Positions 10,023 to 19,143 of a stretch of 64,000 nucleotides of DNA are shown here, one piece after another (within the stretch, counting starts at the first letter, position 1; the number at the start of each line of letters is the position of its first letter). The notes under the pieces are model-generated. The model did no database searches. It saw nothing but the letters and a program-made list of their open reading frames with translations, and was not told the DNA's origin. The stretch is from assembly GCA_030426515.1 (NCBI GenBank), contig JAUHYM010000001.1, positions 73 to 64,072 on the forward strand. The letters run 5' to 3'. The DNA comes from Actinomycetes bacterium. GTDB taxonomy: Bacteria > Actinomycetota > Actinomycetes > Actinomycetales > Microbacteriaceae. The position numbers and the translations under genes are program-made.

Positions 10023-11180
10023 CTAGGCCGCAGCCGACCGGCCGATGTGGGGCAGCGCGATCGGGCGGGCAACCTGCGCGGCGGTTCCACCGATCACGGC
10101 GTGGATGCGGCGGCCGAACGCGGCGGGTGAGAACTCGGCGGCGTGGGCGAGGATCGCCGTGCGCTTCCAGTCGTCGCCGAACGCGCGCACGGCGGTGATG
10201 ACGTCGGCCGGGGTGTCGTTCTCGATGAACATGCCCGACACGCCCTCGGCGGTCGAGTCGAGGAAGCCCCCCGCCCGCAGCACGAGCGCGGGGGTGCCGA
10301 AGGCGTTTGCCTCGAGCGGGGTGAGGCCGAAGTCTTCGTGCGAGACCGACAGGAGGCTGCGAGCGTGCGCGTAGAGCCAGCGCAGTTCAGCTTCGGCTAC
10401 GGCACCGAGTGCGCGGACGTTCGGGGGCAGATCGGCGTCGGCGAGTCGTGTGCCGACGACCACGAGCTGCTGGTCGGGAACCGAGCGGAAGGCCTCGGTG
10501 AGCACGGTCGTGCCCTTGTACCCGCGTGGGCGCGCGACGGTGAGGAAGAACCCAGCGTCGAGGCCGGGGATCTCCTCTTGCGGCCCGTCGACGTCGATCG
10601 AGACCGGCGGGTGCACGACAGTTGCCTCGATGCCGTAGGTGTCTCGGATGCGCTGTGCGACGACCGTGGAGTTCGCGACGTACGCGTCTGCGCTGTGTGC
10701 CGCGCGGCGATCCCACCGGCGAAGCCCCGGGCTGAGCGTCGCGAGGGCGGCGCGAACGGTGCGGGGCATGCCTCGCGTGTAGTCGTCGGGCTGGTAGAGC
10801 CAGCGCGCGGGGTTGTGGCAATAGACGATCTTGCGGGTGCCCTCGGTCGTGGGGATCCCATGTGACCAGCCAGAGCTCGAGCACACGACGGCCTCTGCCT
10901 CAATCGGGGCCGCCTTCGACCATGCGCGCGCGAGGAAAGGCAGTGCCTTGCGCGGATCGTTCGCGAAGCTGCGCACGAGCTTGGACCGAATCTCGGTGAT
11001 CTGCAGGTTCGGATCGGGCCGGAAGGTCTGTGCGGGGGTGTAGACCGCCGTCACCAGGCGCCGCGCATCGAGCTGATGGGCAAGCTGAAGGGCCACACGC
11101 TCGGCACCGCCGTGTTGCGTCAAATAGTCATGCGCAACAACGATGTCGGCGTGCGGCTTCGGGTTTGCCGCCACGCTCAT
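10023..11180 (-). CDS. Glycosyltransferase family 4
   Basis: HDYLTQHGGAERV, YCHNPARWLY, EDFGLTPLEA. Confidence 0.93.
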   Translation of the reverse strand: MSVAANPKPHADIVVAHDYLTQHGGAERVALQLAHQLDARRLVTAVYTPAQTFRPDPNLQITEIRSKLVRSFANDPRKALPFLARAWSKAAPIEAEAVVCSSSGWSHGIPTTEGTRKIVYCHNPARWLYQPDDYTRGMPRTVRAALATLSPGLRRWDRRAAHSADAYVANSTVVAQRIRDTYGIEATVVHPPVSIDVDGPQEEIPGLDAGFFLTVARPRGYKGTTVLTEAFRSVPDQQLVVVGTRLADADLPPNVRALGAVAEAELRWLYAHARSLLSVSHEDFGLTPLEANAFGTPALVLRAGGFLDSTAEGVSGMFIENDTPADVITAVRAFGDDWKRTAILAHAAEFSPAAFGRRIHAVIGGTAAQVARPIALPHIGRSAAA

Positions 11181-11398
11181 GAGTCCCCGCCTCTACTCCC
11201 CGCCCACGATTCGGGTTCGTGGTGATCGGTGGGTATCTCCCCAGGGCCACCGATCTGCAGGGTCACTATTGTCCCCGGTCCGGAAAGTCTAACCAGACTG
11301 TCGGCAAAGCACACCTGCAGGCACATACCGAGACCAGGATGTGACGGTCTGGGGGATGCCAGCGCGGTGCCCCGCGAGCGCTCTTCGGCGACGCGGCA

Positions 11399-11404
11399 TA
11401 GGCT
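11399..11404 (+). promoter_or_regulatory. -10 element (TAGGCT) for leaderless truA
   Basis: TANNNT 7 nt before ATG 11412. Confidence 0.55.
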
Positions 11405-11411
11405 GATGCCC

Positions 11412-12254
11412 ATGCGCCTCCGCCTCGACATCGCCTACGACGGCACGCACTTTCGCGGCTGGGCGCGCCAGCCCGCGCTGCGCACGGTGCAGGGCACGAT
11501 CGAGCAGGCTCTTGCCCGCGTCGTCGGCGGCGATCCGCGGCTGGTGGTCGCCGGGCGCACCGATGCCGGCGTGCACGCGTCGGGTCAGGTCGCGCACGTC
11601 GACCTCGACGACGATCAGACGGGCCGCGTGCTCACCCAGCGTCGCGGCGACGACCGCGACCCGGTCAAGACCCTGGCCCGCCGCGTCCAGGGCGTGATCG
11701 GCGCGTACGCCGACGTGCACGTGCGGCGCACGACGGTCGCGCCCGAGGGGTTCGACGCCCGCTTCTCGGCGGTGTGGCGCCGCTACTCCTACCGGCTGGC
11801 CGACGATGCGACCGGGTACGACCCGATGGAGCGCCACCGCACCACCCAGCTGCGCGGCGTGCTCGACGCCGAGGCGATGGATGCCGCTGCGCGCAGCCTC
11901 ATCGGCCTGCACGACTTCGCCGCCTACTGCAAGCCGCGTGACGAGGCGACGACGATCCGCACCCTGCTCGAATTCGACTGGCACCGGGATGCCGCGGGCG
12001 TCCTCATCGCCAACGTGAAGGCCGATGCCTTCTGCCACAGCATGGTGCGCGCCCTCGTCGGCGCCTGCGCCGCGGTGGGCGAGGGGCGACTTCAGCCGGC
12101 GGATCTCGCGGTGCTGCGCGATGAGCTCGAACGCACGAGCGCGTTCAAGGTGCTCGCCGCGCGCGGCCTCACCCTCACCGAGGTCGGGTACCCGGCCGAC
12201 GACCAGCTCGCCGCCCGCGCGGAGCAGACCCGGGCACGTCGCGACCGCGAGTGA
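11412..12254 (+). CDS. truA: tRNA pseudouridine(38-40) synthase
   Basis: LDIAYDGTHFRGW, AGRTDAGVHA, DARFSA, GLHDFAAY, FCHSMVRALVG. Confidence 0.97.
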   Translation: MRLRLDIAYDGTHFRGWARQPALRTVQGTIEQALARVVGGDPRLVVAGRTDAGVHASGQVAHVDLDDDQTGRVLTQRRGDDRDPVKTLARRVQGVIGAYADVHVRRTTVAPEGFDARFSAVWRRYSYRLADDATGYDPMERHRTTQLRGVLDAEAMDAAARSLIGLHDFAAYCKPRDEATTIRTLLEFDWHRDAAGVLIANVKADAFCHSMVRALVGACAAVGEGRLQPADLAVLRDELERTSAFKVLAARGLTLTEVGYPADDQLAARAEQTRARRDRE

Positions 12255-12263
12255 GCGTCGCGC

Positions 12264-13769
12264 TCAGTGAGCGGTGTCGCCTGGCGCAACGACGGCGCGT
12301 ACGGTGCGGAACAGGATCAAGATGTCCTGCGTGACCGACCAGTTCTCAACGTAGTAGAGGTCCAGGCGCAGGGCATCCTCCCACGAAAGCGATGATCGCC
12401 CGCTCACTTGCCAGAGGCCGCTCATTCCCGGCTTCACGAGGAGTCGCCGGTGAGCGGCGTCGTCGTAGAGGGCGACCTCGGCCGGCCGTTGCGGACGGGG
12501 CCCGACGAGGCTCATCTGCCCCAGGAAGACGTTGAAGAGCTGCGGCAGCTCGTCGAGAGAGTGTTTGCGGAGGAACCTGCCTACCTTTGTGATTCGCGGG
12601 TCGTTGGTGACCTTGAACAGCGGCTCGGTTGTGGTGCCTTGCACATCGAGCAGGCTTGCAAGCCGGTCGTCCGCGTCGGCCACCATCGATCGGAACTTGA
12701 TCATCCCGAATGACTTCCCGCGCCGCCCGACACGTTCCTGGCGGTAGAAGAGTGCCCCGGGACTGTCCAGTTTGATGGCGATCGCTACCGCGGCCATCAC
12801 CGGTGCGCCGATGAGGATCAGTACGGATGCGCCGACGATGTCGAAGAGACGCTTCGTGAAGCGTCGCGACCCCGTCATCGTCGGGTAGGAAATGTGGATC
12901 AGTGGGAGCCCAGCAACCGGCCGGGCGTGAATGCGGGGGCCCGCGACATCGGTAAGCGCCGGGGCGACGACCCAGTCGACGTCGCGATCCGCCATTGCCC
13001 ATCCGAGCTCGCGCAGCTCGTGTGGGCGTACATCGTCTGCGCCGGCGTAGATCAGGGTGTCTGCCCGAGCGTGCTGCGCAGCGTCAGCCGCGTCTTCATA
13101 CGTTCCAATGACAGCGACGTCACCGTTGATCGGATCCGGCGTACCGTGTTTCGTGATGGCGCCGACTACCAAGTACCCCGTGCCATCGGTTGACCGGATA
13201 GTGCGAATCACATGGCTTGTCTTGGCGCGCTCGCCAAGAACCACGGCGCGATGCAGGAAGTGTCCACGGCGCTGCTGCCGGCGAAGCCATTGGCGCCAAG
13301 TCCATCGCGATAGGAGGAGGCCAACGGTGCCGATCGGGATCGCAACGAAGAACACGCTTCGGGCGAGGTTAATTTGGAGGAAGAACGCGGTCGCAACTAC
13401 GACCATGAAGACGCTCGCGGACGCGCGCACAATTCGCTGGTACTCGACAACGCCGTGTCCGACGACGTGCTCGTTGCGGGTGTCGACGACATCAAGTGCG
13501 GTGAGCCAGAGCGCCGCGACGGTCGCCAATGCGGCCCAATAGGGCACACCCGGTTGCCCGGGCCAATCCACTGGCCCAAGAAGGTTCGGGAGGGAGATCA
13601 TTCCGTAGGCAACAAGCGCAACCGCGACGACCAATAGGTCGCTCAGAAACAGACGACTCGCGTAGCGCCGCGGCCACTGCGCCTTCGCGGGGACTGGGTG
13701 CGATGCTCCTTCCCGATCAGCGGTGCCCTCACGTGACAACACGACGGACCTCTCGCTGCGAATCCACAT
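12264..13769 (-). CDS. Priming sugar transferase #2
   Basis: KRLFDIV, MIKFRSM, DPRITKVGRFLRKHSLDELPQL, KPGMSGLWQVSGRS; paralogue of 8471-10009. Confidence 0.95.
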   Translation of the reverse strand: MWIRSERSVVLSREGTADREGASHPVPAKAQWPRRYASRLFLSDLLVVAVALVAYGMISLPNLLGPVDWPGQPGVPYWAALATVAALWLTALDVVDTRNEHVVGHGVVEYQRIVRASASVFMVVVATAFFLQINLARSVFFVAIPIGTVGLLLSRWTWRQWLRRQQRRGHFLHRAVVLGERAKTSHVIRTIRSTDGTGYLVVGAITKHGTPDPINGDVAVIGTYEDAADAAQHARADTLIYAGADDVRPHELRELGWAMADRDVDWVVAPALTDVAGPRIHARPVAGLPLIHISYPTMTGSRRFTKRLFDIVGASVLILIGAPVMAAVAIAIKLDSPGALFYRQERVGRRGKSFGMIKFRSMVADADDRLASLLDVQGTTTEPLFKVTNDPRITKVGRFLRKHSLDELPQLFNVFLGQMSLVGPRPQRPAEVALYDDAAHRRLLVKPGMSGLWQVSGRSSLSWEDALRLDLYYVENWSVTQDILILFRTVRAVVAPGDTAH

Positions 13770-13882
13770 TCGTCTCCTCCACCACTACCGGCGCGCCTCA
13801 GGCCAAGGCTGACATCAGGACAAGGCTCGACAGAGGTAGCGTATCGTCACCACACACCGCCTCTCTCACACTGCATGCACGG

Positions 13883-13888
13883 TAGGAT
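13883..13888 (+). promoter_or_regulatory. -10 element (TAGGAT) for the leaderless FrhB-like gene
   Basis: 7 nt before GTG 13896. Confidence 0.5.
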
Positions 13889-13895
13889 CGATCGG

Positions 13896-15275
13896 GTGAC
13901 GCATGGAATCTCGGAGGTCGTAGAACGCGGTATGTGCGTGGGGTGCGGCTCTTGTGCTGTGCGCACATCGGGTGCAATACCGGTGACCATCGGAAGGCTT
14001 GGCGTATACGAGGCCAGCCTGGCTGGCGCGACATCTGGACAGATCGCTATCGCTAGCAAGGTTTGCCCTTTCTCAGATGACGCGAAGAACGAGACCGTCC
14101 TTGGTGATGAGCGATACCCTGACCTCGACCATGACACTCGAGTAGGCCGGTACCTCGACATCTTCGCGGGGCGCGTGACTGATGACGCGAGGGTGCTCGG
14201 GAGTAGTAGCGGCGGACTGACTTCATTCCTCTTAGAGGAACTGCTTCGTGATGGCCACGTCGACGGCGTGGTTCATGTTGGTCGTGGCGAGAACTCAGAA
14301 CTCTTTGAATATGTTGTCTCGACGACCGTGGAGGAACTTGCGTCGTCTCGGAAGTCCGCATACTACTCGACCACTATCGCGGACGCCGTCTCGCAGATTC
14401 GCGGGGACGGGCGCCGATATGCCGTCGTCGGGATCCCCTGCTTCATTAAGGCGTTCCGCCTCATAGCGGATCAGATGCCGGACCTGGAGACTCAGTTCAC
14501 ATTCTATGTTGGCCTGGTCTGCGGTCACCTGAAGAGCCAGTTCTTCGCTGAGTCATTGGGCTGGCAAGCCGACGTGCCACCGGACTCGCTGGCCCGGATG
14601 GACTTCAGAAGGAAGAACCCCAACCGTTCGTCCAGCGACTATGACTACGAGGTTGAGTCGCACGCGGGAGAGAGGCGTGTTCGACCAACGTCGAGCGCTG
14701 TCGACGGGAAGTGGGGCTACGGTGCGTTCCAACCAGAAGCGTGCAACTTCTGCGATGACATTTTCGCCGAGGCGGCCGATGTCGCCTTCGCTGACGCGTG
14801 GCTCCCCGAGTACATGGACGACTGGCGCGGCATGAACGTGGTCGTGACTCGAGACCGTGTAGTGCAAGGAATCTTCGAGGCCGGTACGGCGCGTGCCGAA
14901 ATCGAAGTCGAACGCCTCGGGGTCGAGGATGCCGCAGACTCACAAGGAGGCAACTTCCGACATCGGCGGGTTGGTCTCGCGGTGCGCCTTGCCGACGACA
15001 TCAGGGCAGGTCTGAGCGTCCCCTCCAAGCGTGTGGAACCTGGCTATGCTGGCGTGACTCGTCGGCGTCGTGCCCTTATTCGGCAACGGCGAGCTATGTC
15101 TCGACTTAGTCTTGAACGCTTCGACGTCGCGCGTCGTGCCAGCGATATTTCCCTATACATCCGGCCGATGAAGAGAGCGATCGTGCAGTACAGGGTGCTT
15201 GACGCGCTGTCCCGCGGCGTGCTGTCCACCATTCGTCGGTTGCTGAAGCCGCTCGGTACGAAGCGGTCGGTCTGA
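13896..15275 (+). CDS. Coenzyme F420 hydrogenase/dehydrogenase beta-subunit (FrhB/FdhB)-like Fe-S protein
   Basis: CVGCGSC..VCP, SSSGGLTS, KSAYY, VGIPCF, GLVCGH, CNFCDD, DVAFADAW. Confidence 0.88.
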   Translation: MTHGISEVVERGMCVGCGSCAVRTSGAIPVTIGRLGVYEASLAGATSGQIAIASKVCPFSDDAKNETVLGDERYPDLDHDTRVGRYLDIFAGRVTDDARVLGSSSGGLTSFLLEELLRDGHVDGVVHVGRGENSELFEYVVSTTVEELASSRKSAYYSTTIADAVSQIRGDGRRYAVVGIPCFIKAFRLIADQMPDLETQFTFYVGLVCGHLKSQFFAESLGWQADVPPDSLARMDFRRKNPNRSSSDYDYEVESHAGERRVRPTSSAVDGKWGYGAFQPEACNFCDDIFAEAADVAFADAWLPEYMDDWRGMNVVVTRDRVVQGIFEAGTARAEIEVERLGVEDAADSQGGNFRHRRVGLAVRLADDIRAGLSVPSKRVEPGYAGVTRRRRALIRQRRAMSRLSLERFDVARRASDISLYIRPMKRAIVQYRVLDALSRGVLSTIRRLLKPLGTKRSV

Positions 15276-15329
15276 ACGACCCTATTGACATTGAAGCTCC
15301 GGATTTGTCTTCAGGCCTGAGGCGTCAGA
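15247..15329. repeat. 83-bp target-site duplication, left copy
   Basis: AGCCGCTCGGTACG...GGCGTCAGA identical to 16488-16570. Confidence 0.93.
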
Positions 15330-16487
15330 CCTGACTCGTGCCGCGTTAGTGCGTAACGCTCGGGTCGAGTGAGTCGAGGATGGCCTGCGCGTCGTCTCCG
15401 GGTGGTGTCGTCGCGACCATCTCGTTCCCGTTGATGCTGATCGTGACGTCGCGGAGCGGTCGCAGTGTGCGGATGATCTTGCGGATGCTGGCGCCGGTGG
15501 CGTCTTGAAGGTGGCGTGAGTAGGGGGCTTTGCTGATCCTGGAGCCGACGATGAAACTGAACCCGGCGTCCTCGATCTGATTCAAGTTGCTGGCGGAGAG
15601 CATGCCGGCGTCGGCGACGACCACGACATCCTCGACCTGGTGCCGATCCTGGAAGGCGCGGAGCACGGGCAGCAGGGTGAGGGTCTCACCGGTGTTCCCG
15701 GGGAACTCGTGAACCTCCAACGGGAACCCGCCTGGGGTGACAAGCATCCCGACGAGGACCTGCGGGTCGACGCGGCGCTCCTTGCTCATCCCCACCTTGC
15801 GCAGCGCGTCCTCGTCCTCGGCTTCGAAGTAGAGAGTGGTGACGTCGTAGAGCACCAACCGCAACCCACCGTCCCGGGTCGCATGGGCGTAGGCGGCGGT
15901 GGCGAGCTTGTCACGCCAGTCCTGCTCGACACACCGGGCGAGGGTGCGCCAGATCGTCCGCAACCCGGGCGCGGGGACCCCGAGCTCTTCGAGCACCCGG
16001 ATCGTGTCCGCCTTCGACGTCGGCTCGACCACACGGGCCAGGACGAGCTTCATGAACGTGTCGTCGTCGACCGCGGTATCGAACCCGATCCGCCGATACG
16101 CGGCCTCGAGCAGGTCCCACAACACGCGGGACCGGGAACCGACGACGGTCGGCGCCACCCCGGTCGGCGCGGTGGGGGTGAGCGCGTCCAGGTCGAAAGC
16201 CTGCTGACCGTCGTGGATCTTGCTCTTCGCGACCGCCACCAGCGCGGCCAACTGCGCGTCGTCATGAGCGGACCCGATGTGCTCGAGAATCGTCTGCACA
16301 CCCCGACGGGTATGCGCGATCTGCACCGCCGTCGCCCCGGAACGCGTCTTCACCTTCCGGACGAACAACCCCACCGACGCAGTCTATTCGCCGCTGTTAG
16401 TGCGTAACCCGCCGACCACGAACCCCGGGAAATCAAGGCAGAACCGGCCGCCAGCGGTCAATCAGCATTCAAGTGGCACGAGTCAGG
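15330..16487 (-). mobile_element. IS1634-family (IS1549-like) insertion sequence, 1158 bp, probably internally deleted
   Basis: 13-bp perfect terminal IRs CCTGACTCGTGCC / GGCACGAGTCAGG; long flanking direct repeat; transposase inside. Confidence 0.92.
15346..16374 (-). pseudogene. IS1634-family transposase with in-frame internal deletion (342 aa)
   Basis: FVRKVKTRSGATAVQI, EPTSKADT, LYDVTTLYFE, GMSKERRVDPQ, VVADAGMLS; jumps from GSRISKAPY to SRHLQDATG and lacks the W.VE..FR third-catalytic-residue segment I recall from the family. Confidence 0.8.
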
Positions 16488-16570
16488 AGCCGCTCGGTAC
16501 GAAGCGGTCGGTCTGAACGACCCTATTGACATTGAAGCTCCGGATTTGTCTTCAGGCCTGAGGCGTCAGA
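16488..16570. repeat. 83-bp target-site duplication, right copy
   Basis: Identical to 15247-15329. Confidence 0.93.
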
Positions 16571-17711
16571 CGGGTGAGTCAGGAGCCATTCTGGGGTCCT
16601 CCCCGCCGAATCGGGGATGCCGAGAAGGTCCTTGACGGATTCTTCGTTGGCGATGTGGCTGCGGCTTCAACTCGTAGATGGGAAGCACCTGCTGGGGCCT
16701 GAAGTCCAACCGTCCACCGTCGTACATGCGTTGTAGCGCGACTCCGAGGTGAAGATACAGGGCGGCCGCGGCAATATGGCGCATCGACGTGCCTAGGTCC
16801 GGGCTGAACAAGGGCACCGTCAGAATGAGCGAGATTCCAAACGTGGAGAAGAGGCGATCACTTACCTTCGCAGAGGCGATGACCAGGACAAGTACTGCCA
16901 GTATGAACAGCTGGGCAAAGACATCCTTCAGGCTGATCGTCCAACTCATCGGGACGAGGGTCTCGAACGCCACAATTGCGTAGTTCACCATTGACTCCCA
17001 CTGAAGGGGGATCGTGTCATCGATCACAACGTTCGGGTAGAGCGACCTTGTGCCAAACGAAAGGACCCCCGCGAGATACATCTGCCGTCGACTACCCTCA
17101 AGAATCTCGAACGGGAGAGGGAAGACTAGGAGCGAGGCAATCACGCCGAGGAGTATCACCGCGATTCCTCTCCTGCGGCCGAACAGCATCACGATAGCGG
17201 TTGCCGCTATCGGCAGGGCGTAGTAAGGGCGAACGAAGATCGCGAAAGCCACTACTCCCGCGATCAACGTGTACTGCCCAATTCGCTTTCCGAAGGCGAT
17301 TGTGGCAAGCACGCCGAGAACGGCGAGGAAGCCGAGTATCGCCTCTTTGGATACATAGTTGAAATGTATAAACATGGGAAGCGTGAGTACGATCGCAACC
17401 ATGTACGCGCTAAACGTGCGAATTGCAAGTGTGGCGAACCACAGGTACAAGAAGAACACGGCATTCGTGAAAACCCAATAGGGTATAACGGCCTCTACCC
17501 AGCTGTAGAAGATACCGACGTACTGCTTGGCGGTCAGGTCCCCGCCTCCATGCGCCGACGGGGCTGCCTCGATGAAGTCCAAGTACCCCGCATTGTCAGC
17601 CGGGACGACCAACCCGCGGAGCGGAAGTAGAGGCAACAGGACTGCGACAAGCGTAACGACGCGTGCGACCGGCTGGCTATCGAGCCGGGGTAGTCGGTAG
17701 CGTCGTGGCAT
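16566..17711 (-). CDS. Multi-TM membrane protein, probable Wzy polysaccharide polymerase
   Basis: ~10 hydrophobic segments, SKEAI and RPYY motifs, EPS-locus context. Confidence 0.6.
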   Translation of the reverse strand: MPRRYRLPRLDSQPVARVVTLVAVLLPLLPLRGLVVPADNAGYLDFIEAAPSAHGGGDLTAKQYVGIFYSWVEAVIPYWVFTNAVFFLYLWFATLAIRTFSAYMVAIVLTLPMFIHFNYVSKEAILGFLAVLGVLATIAFGKRIGQYTLIAGVVAFAIFVRPYYALPIAATAIVMLFGRRRGIAVILLGVIASLLVFPLPFEILEGSRRQMYLAGVLSFGTRSLYPNVVIDDTIPLQWESMVNYAIVAFETLVPMSWTISLKDVFAQLFILAVLVLVIASAKVSDRLFSTFGISLILTVPLFSPDLGTSMRHIAAAALYLHLGVALQRMYDGGRLDFRPQQVLPIYELKPQPHRQRRIRQGPSRHPRFGGEDPRMAPDSPV

Positions 17712-17844
17712 TGGTGAGTCCTGACAAGGATGGTGAGGGCGTTGGTGTCGAGGTTGAAGCTCAAGGGGGAGTTTGCTGGGAGATTATGGGAGTTAAGCGC
17801 GCAGCATCCGCTAGGCGCATATCCCGTCATGCCAGCGCCTGATG

Positions 17845-19125
17845 CTACGAGCGCGGGGGGGCCTCGTGCAGGCCGTCATAGTTGCGCCACGCAAGTTCTC
17901 GGATGATTGGGACCCGGTCATTGAGCATCTTGTGAACATAGGTTGAATCGGTAGCGAATCGATCAAGCAGACGGACTGCCCTTGCTCCTACCCCGGTTGT
18001 TGGCTCCAAGGCCCAGTCGGGTAGACCTACTAGGTCCATTAGGCCGTGCACTTTCCCTTGAGTTCCGAGAACGATAGCAGGGACCCCCATGCTCATAGAG
18101 AGTACCCCCAGATGCATCCTGCCGGTTATGGTCACTTGTGCGGTGGAAGCCAGGCGCTTGACTTCGTCCGGCGATACCAGCTCCTCGCGAAGTGTGACCA
18201 CATCTCTGATCCGTGGTGGAAGCGAGCTCCAAAACTCCCTTCCCGCCGCGACATCGCTGCCACCGGGTCCGTCGACGTGCGGCGTGATCACGACGTCAAG
18301 TCCTGACTCGAGCAGGTAGCGAAGGATCTCTCGATAGTCCGCGCGCAGGTCGATCCGAGACCTAATCAGGCCACTGACATTCAGCAGAGCAACGCACTTG
18401 GGTTCGGTAGAACGCTCTGGGTTTGGCAACGTAAACGCAGCATCTGCAACGGCTCGGACGTTCGAGAGGCCCGCACTTACTGCTCTTGTAACTGAATGGG
18501 GGTCGCGGACCATTGCGCGCACGCCAGACGAGGTTGCGCGGGCTGCTGCTTGGACAACCGCACCATCGACCTCGGTGTTCCACGAGAAGCCGAGTACGCG
18601 GGCGTCTCGCCCAGCCTCGGCGGCCGCGCCGGCCATCGCCCAGAGCGAGGCCGCAACGCCGCGGTGGTAGCCGCCATCGATGATGTCGGCTCCAATGATC
18701 GAGATCGTTCGGTTCATGCGAATAAGGTCCGCAAGGCGTGCAACGGCGGTGTTGTGCTCTCGCGACGAGGGTTGGAGGAGGCCTTCGATCTTGACCTCGG
18801 TCGATTGCGGTCCCAACTTGTGCAGGTCGTATGTTGCCTGAGGTTGGGTGACTACTGTCACCCGTCCTGGGACTGCGGTGAGGAATGCATCAAGCATCGC
18901 TTGGTCGCCCGTGTTCCGGACGCCAGAAGAGGCGACGAGCACGTGGCCGCTGTCGGGGGGAGTCTGCCCTCTGAGGGCGCTAGCGATCCCCTCCCAGTCG
19001 TCCGCGGCGATCCGCGACGCGTGTCTAGACGAGTCGCGTAGCGACCGTTTCAAGCGAACAAGTTTGGCCTTCACTCTTGCGCGGGTACTCGTCATCTGTT
19101 CCTCCACCTTCGTCCACCGAGTCAT
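17845..19125 (-). CDS. Polysaccharide pyruvyl transferase family protein
   Basis: NTGDQAM, VRDPHS, ADAAF, ITGRMHLGVLSMSMGVP; start may be the second Met. Confidence 0.85.
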   Translation of the reverse strand: MTRWTKVEEQMTSTRARVKAKLVRLKRSLRDSSRHASRIAADDWEGIASALRGQTPPDSGHVLVASSGVRNTGDQAMLDAFLTAVPGRVTVVTQPQATYDLHKLGPQSTEVKIEGLLQPSSREHNTAVARLADLIRMNRTISIIGADIIDGGYHRGVAASLWAMAGAAAEAGRDARVLGFSWNTEVDGAVVQAAARATSSGVRAMVRDPHSVTRAVSAGLSNVRAVADAAFTLPNPERSTEPKCVALLNVSGLIRSRIDLRADYREILRYLLESGLDVVITPHVDGPGGSDVAAGREFWSSLPPRIRDVVTLREELVSPDEVKRLASTAQVTITGRMHLGVLSMSMGVPAIVLGTQGKVHGLMDLVGLPDWALEPTTGVGARAVRLLDRFATDSTYVHKMLNDRVPIIRELAWRNYDGLHEAPPRS

Positions 19126-19143
19126 GTGATCTCGCGTGAGTCC

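Noticed and set aside
13896-15275. Functional F420-reducing hydrogenase
   Set aside because: No alpha/gamma subunits or maturation genes; the context is polysaccharide biosynthesis
15247-16570. 83-bp direct repeat as attL/attR, CRISPR repeat or assembly artefact
   Set aside because: Only two copies, exactly abutting the terminal IRs of an IS1634-type element, a family known for long TSDs; no integrase or cas genes
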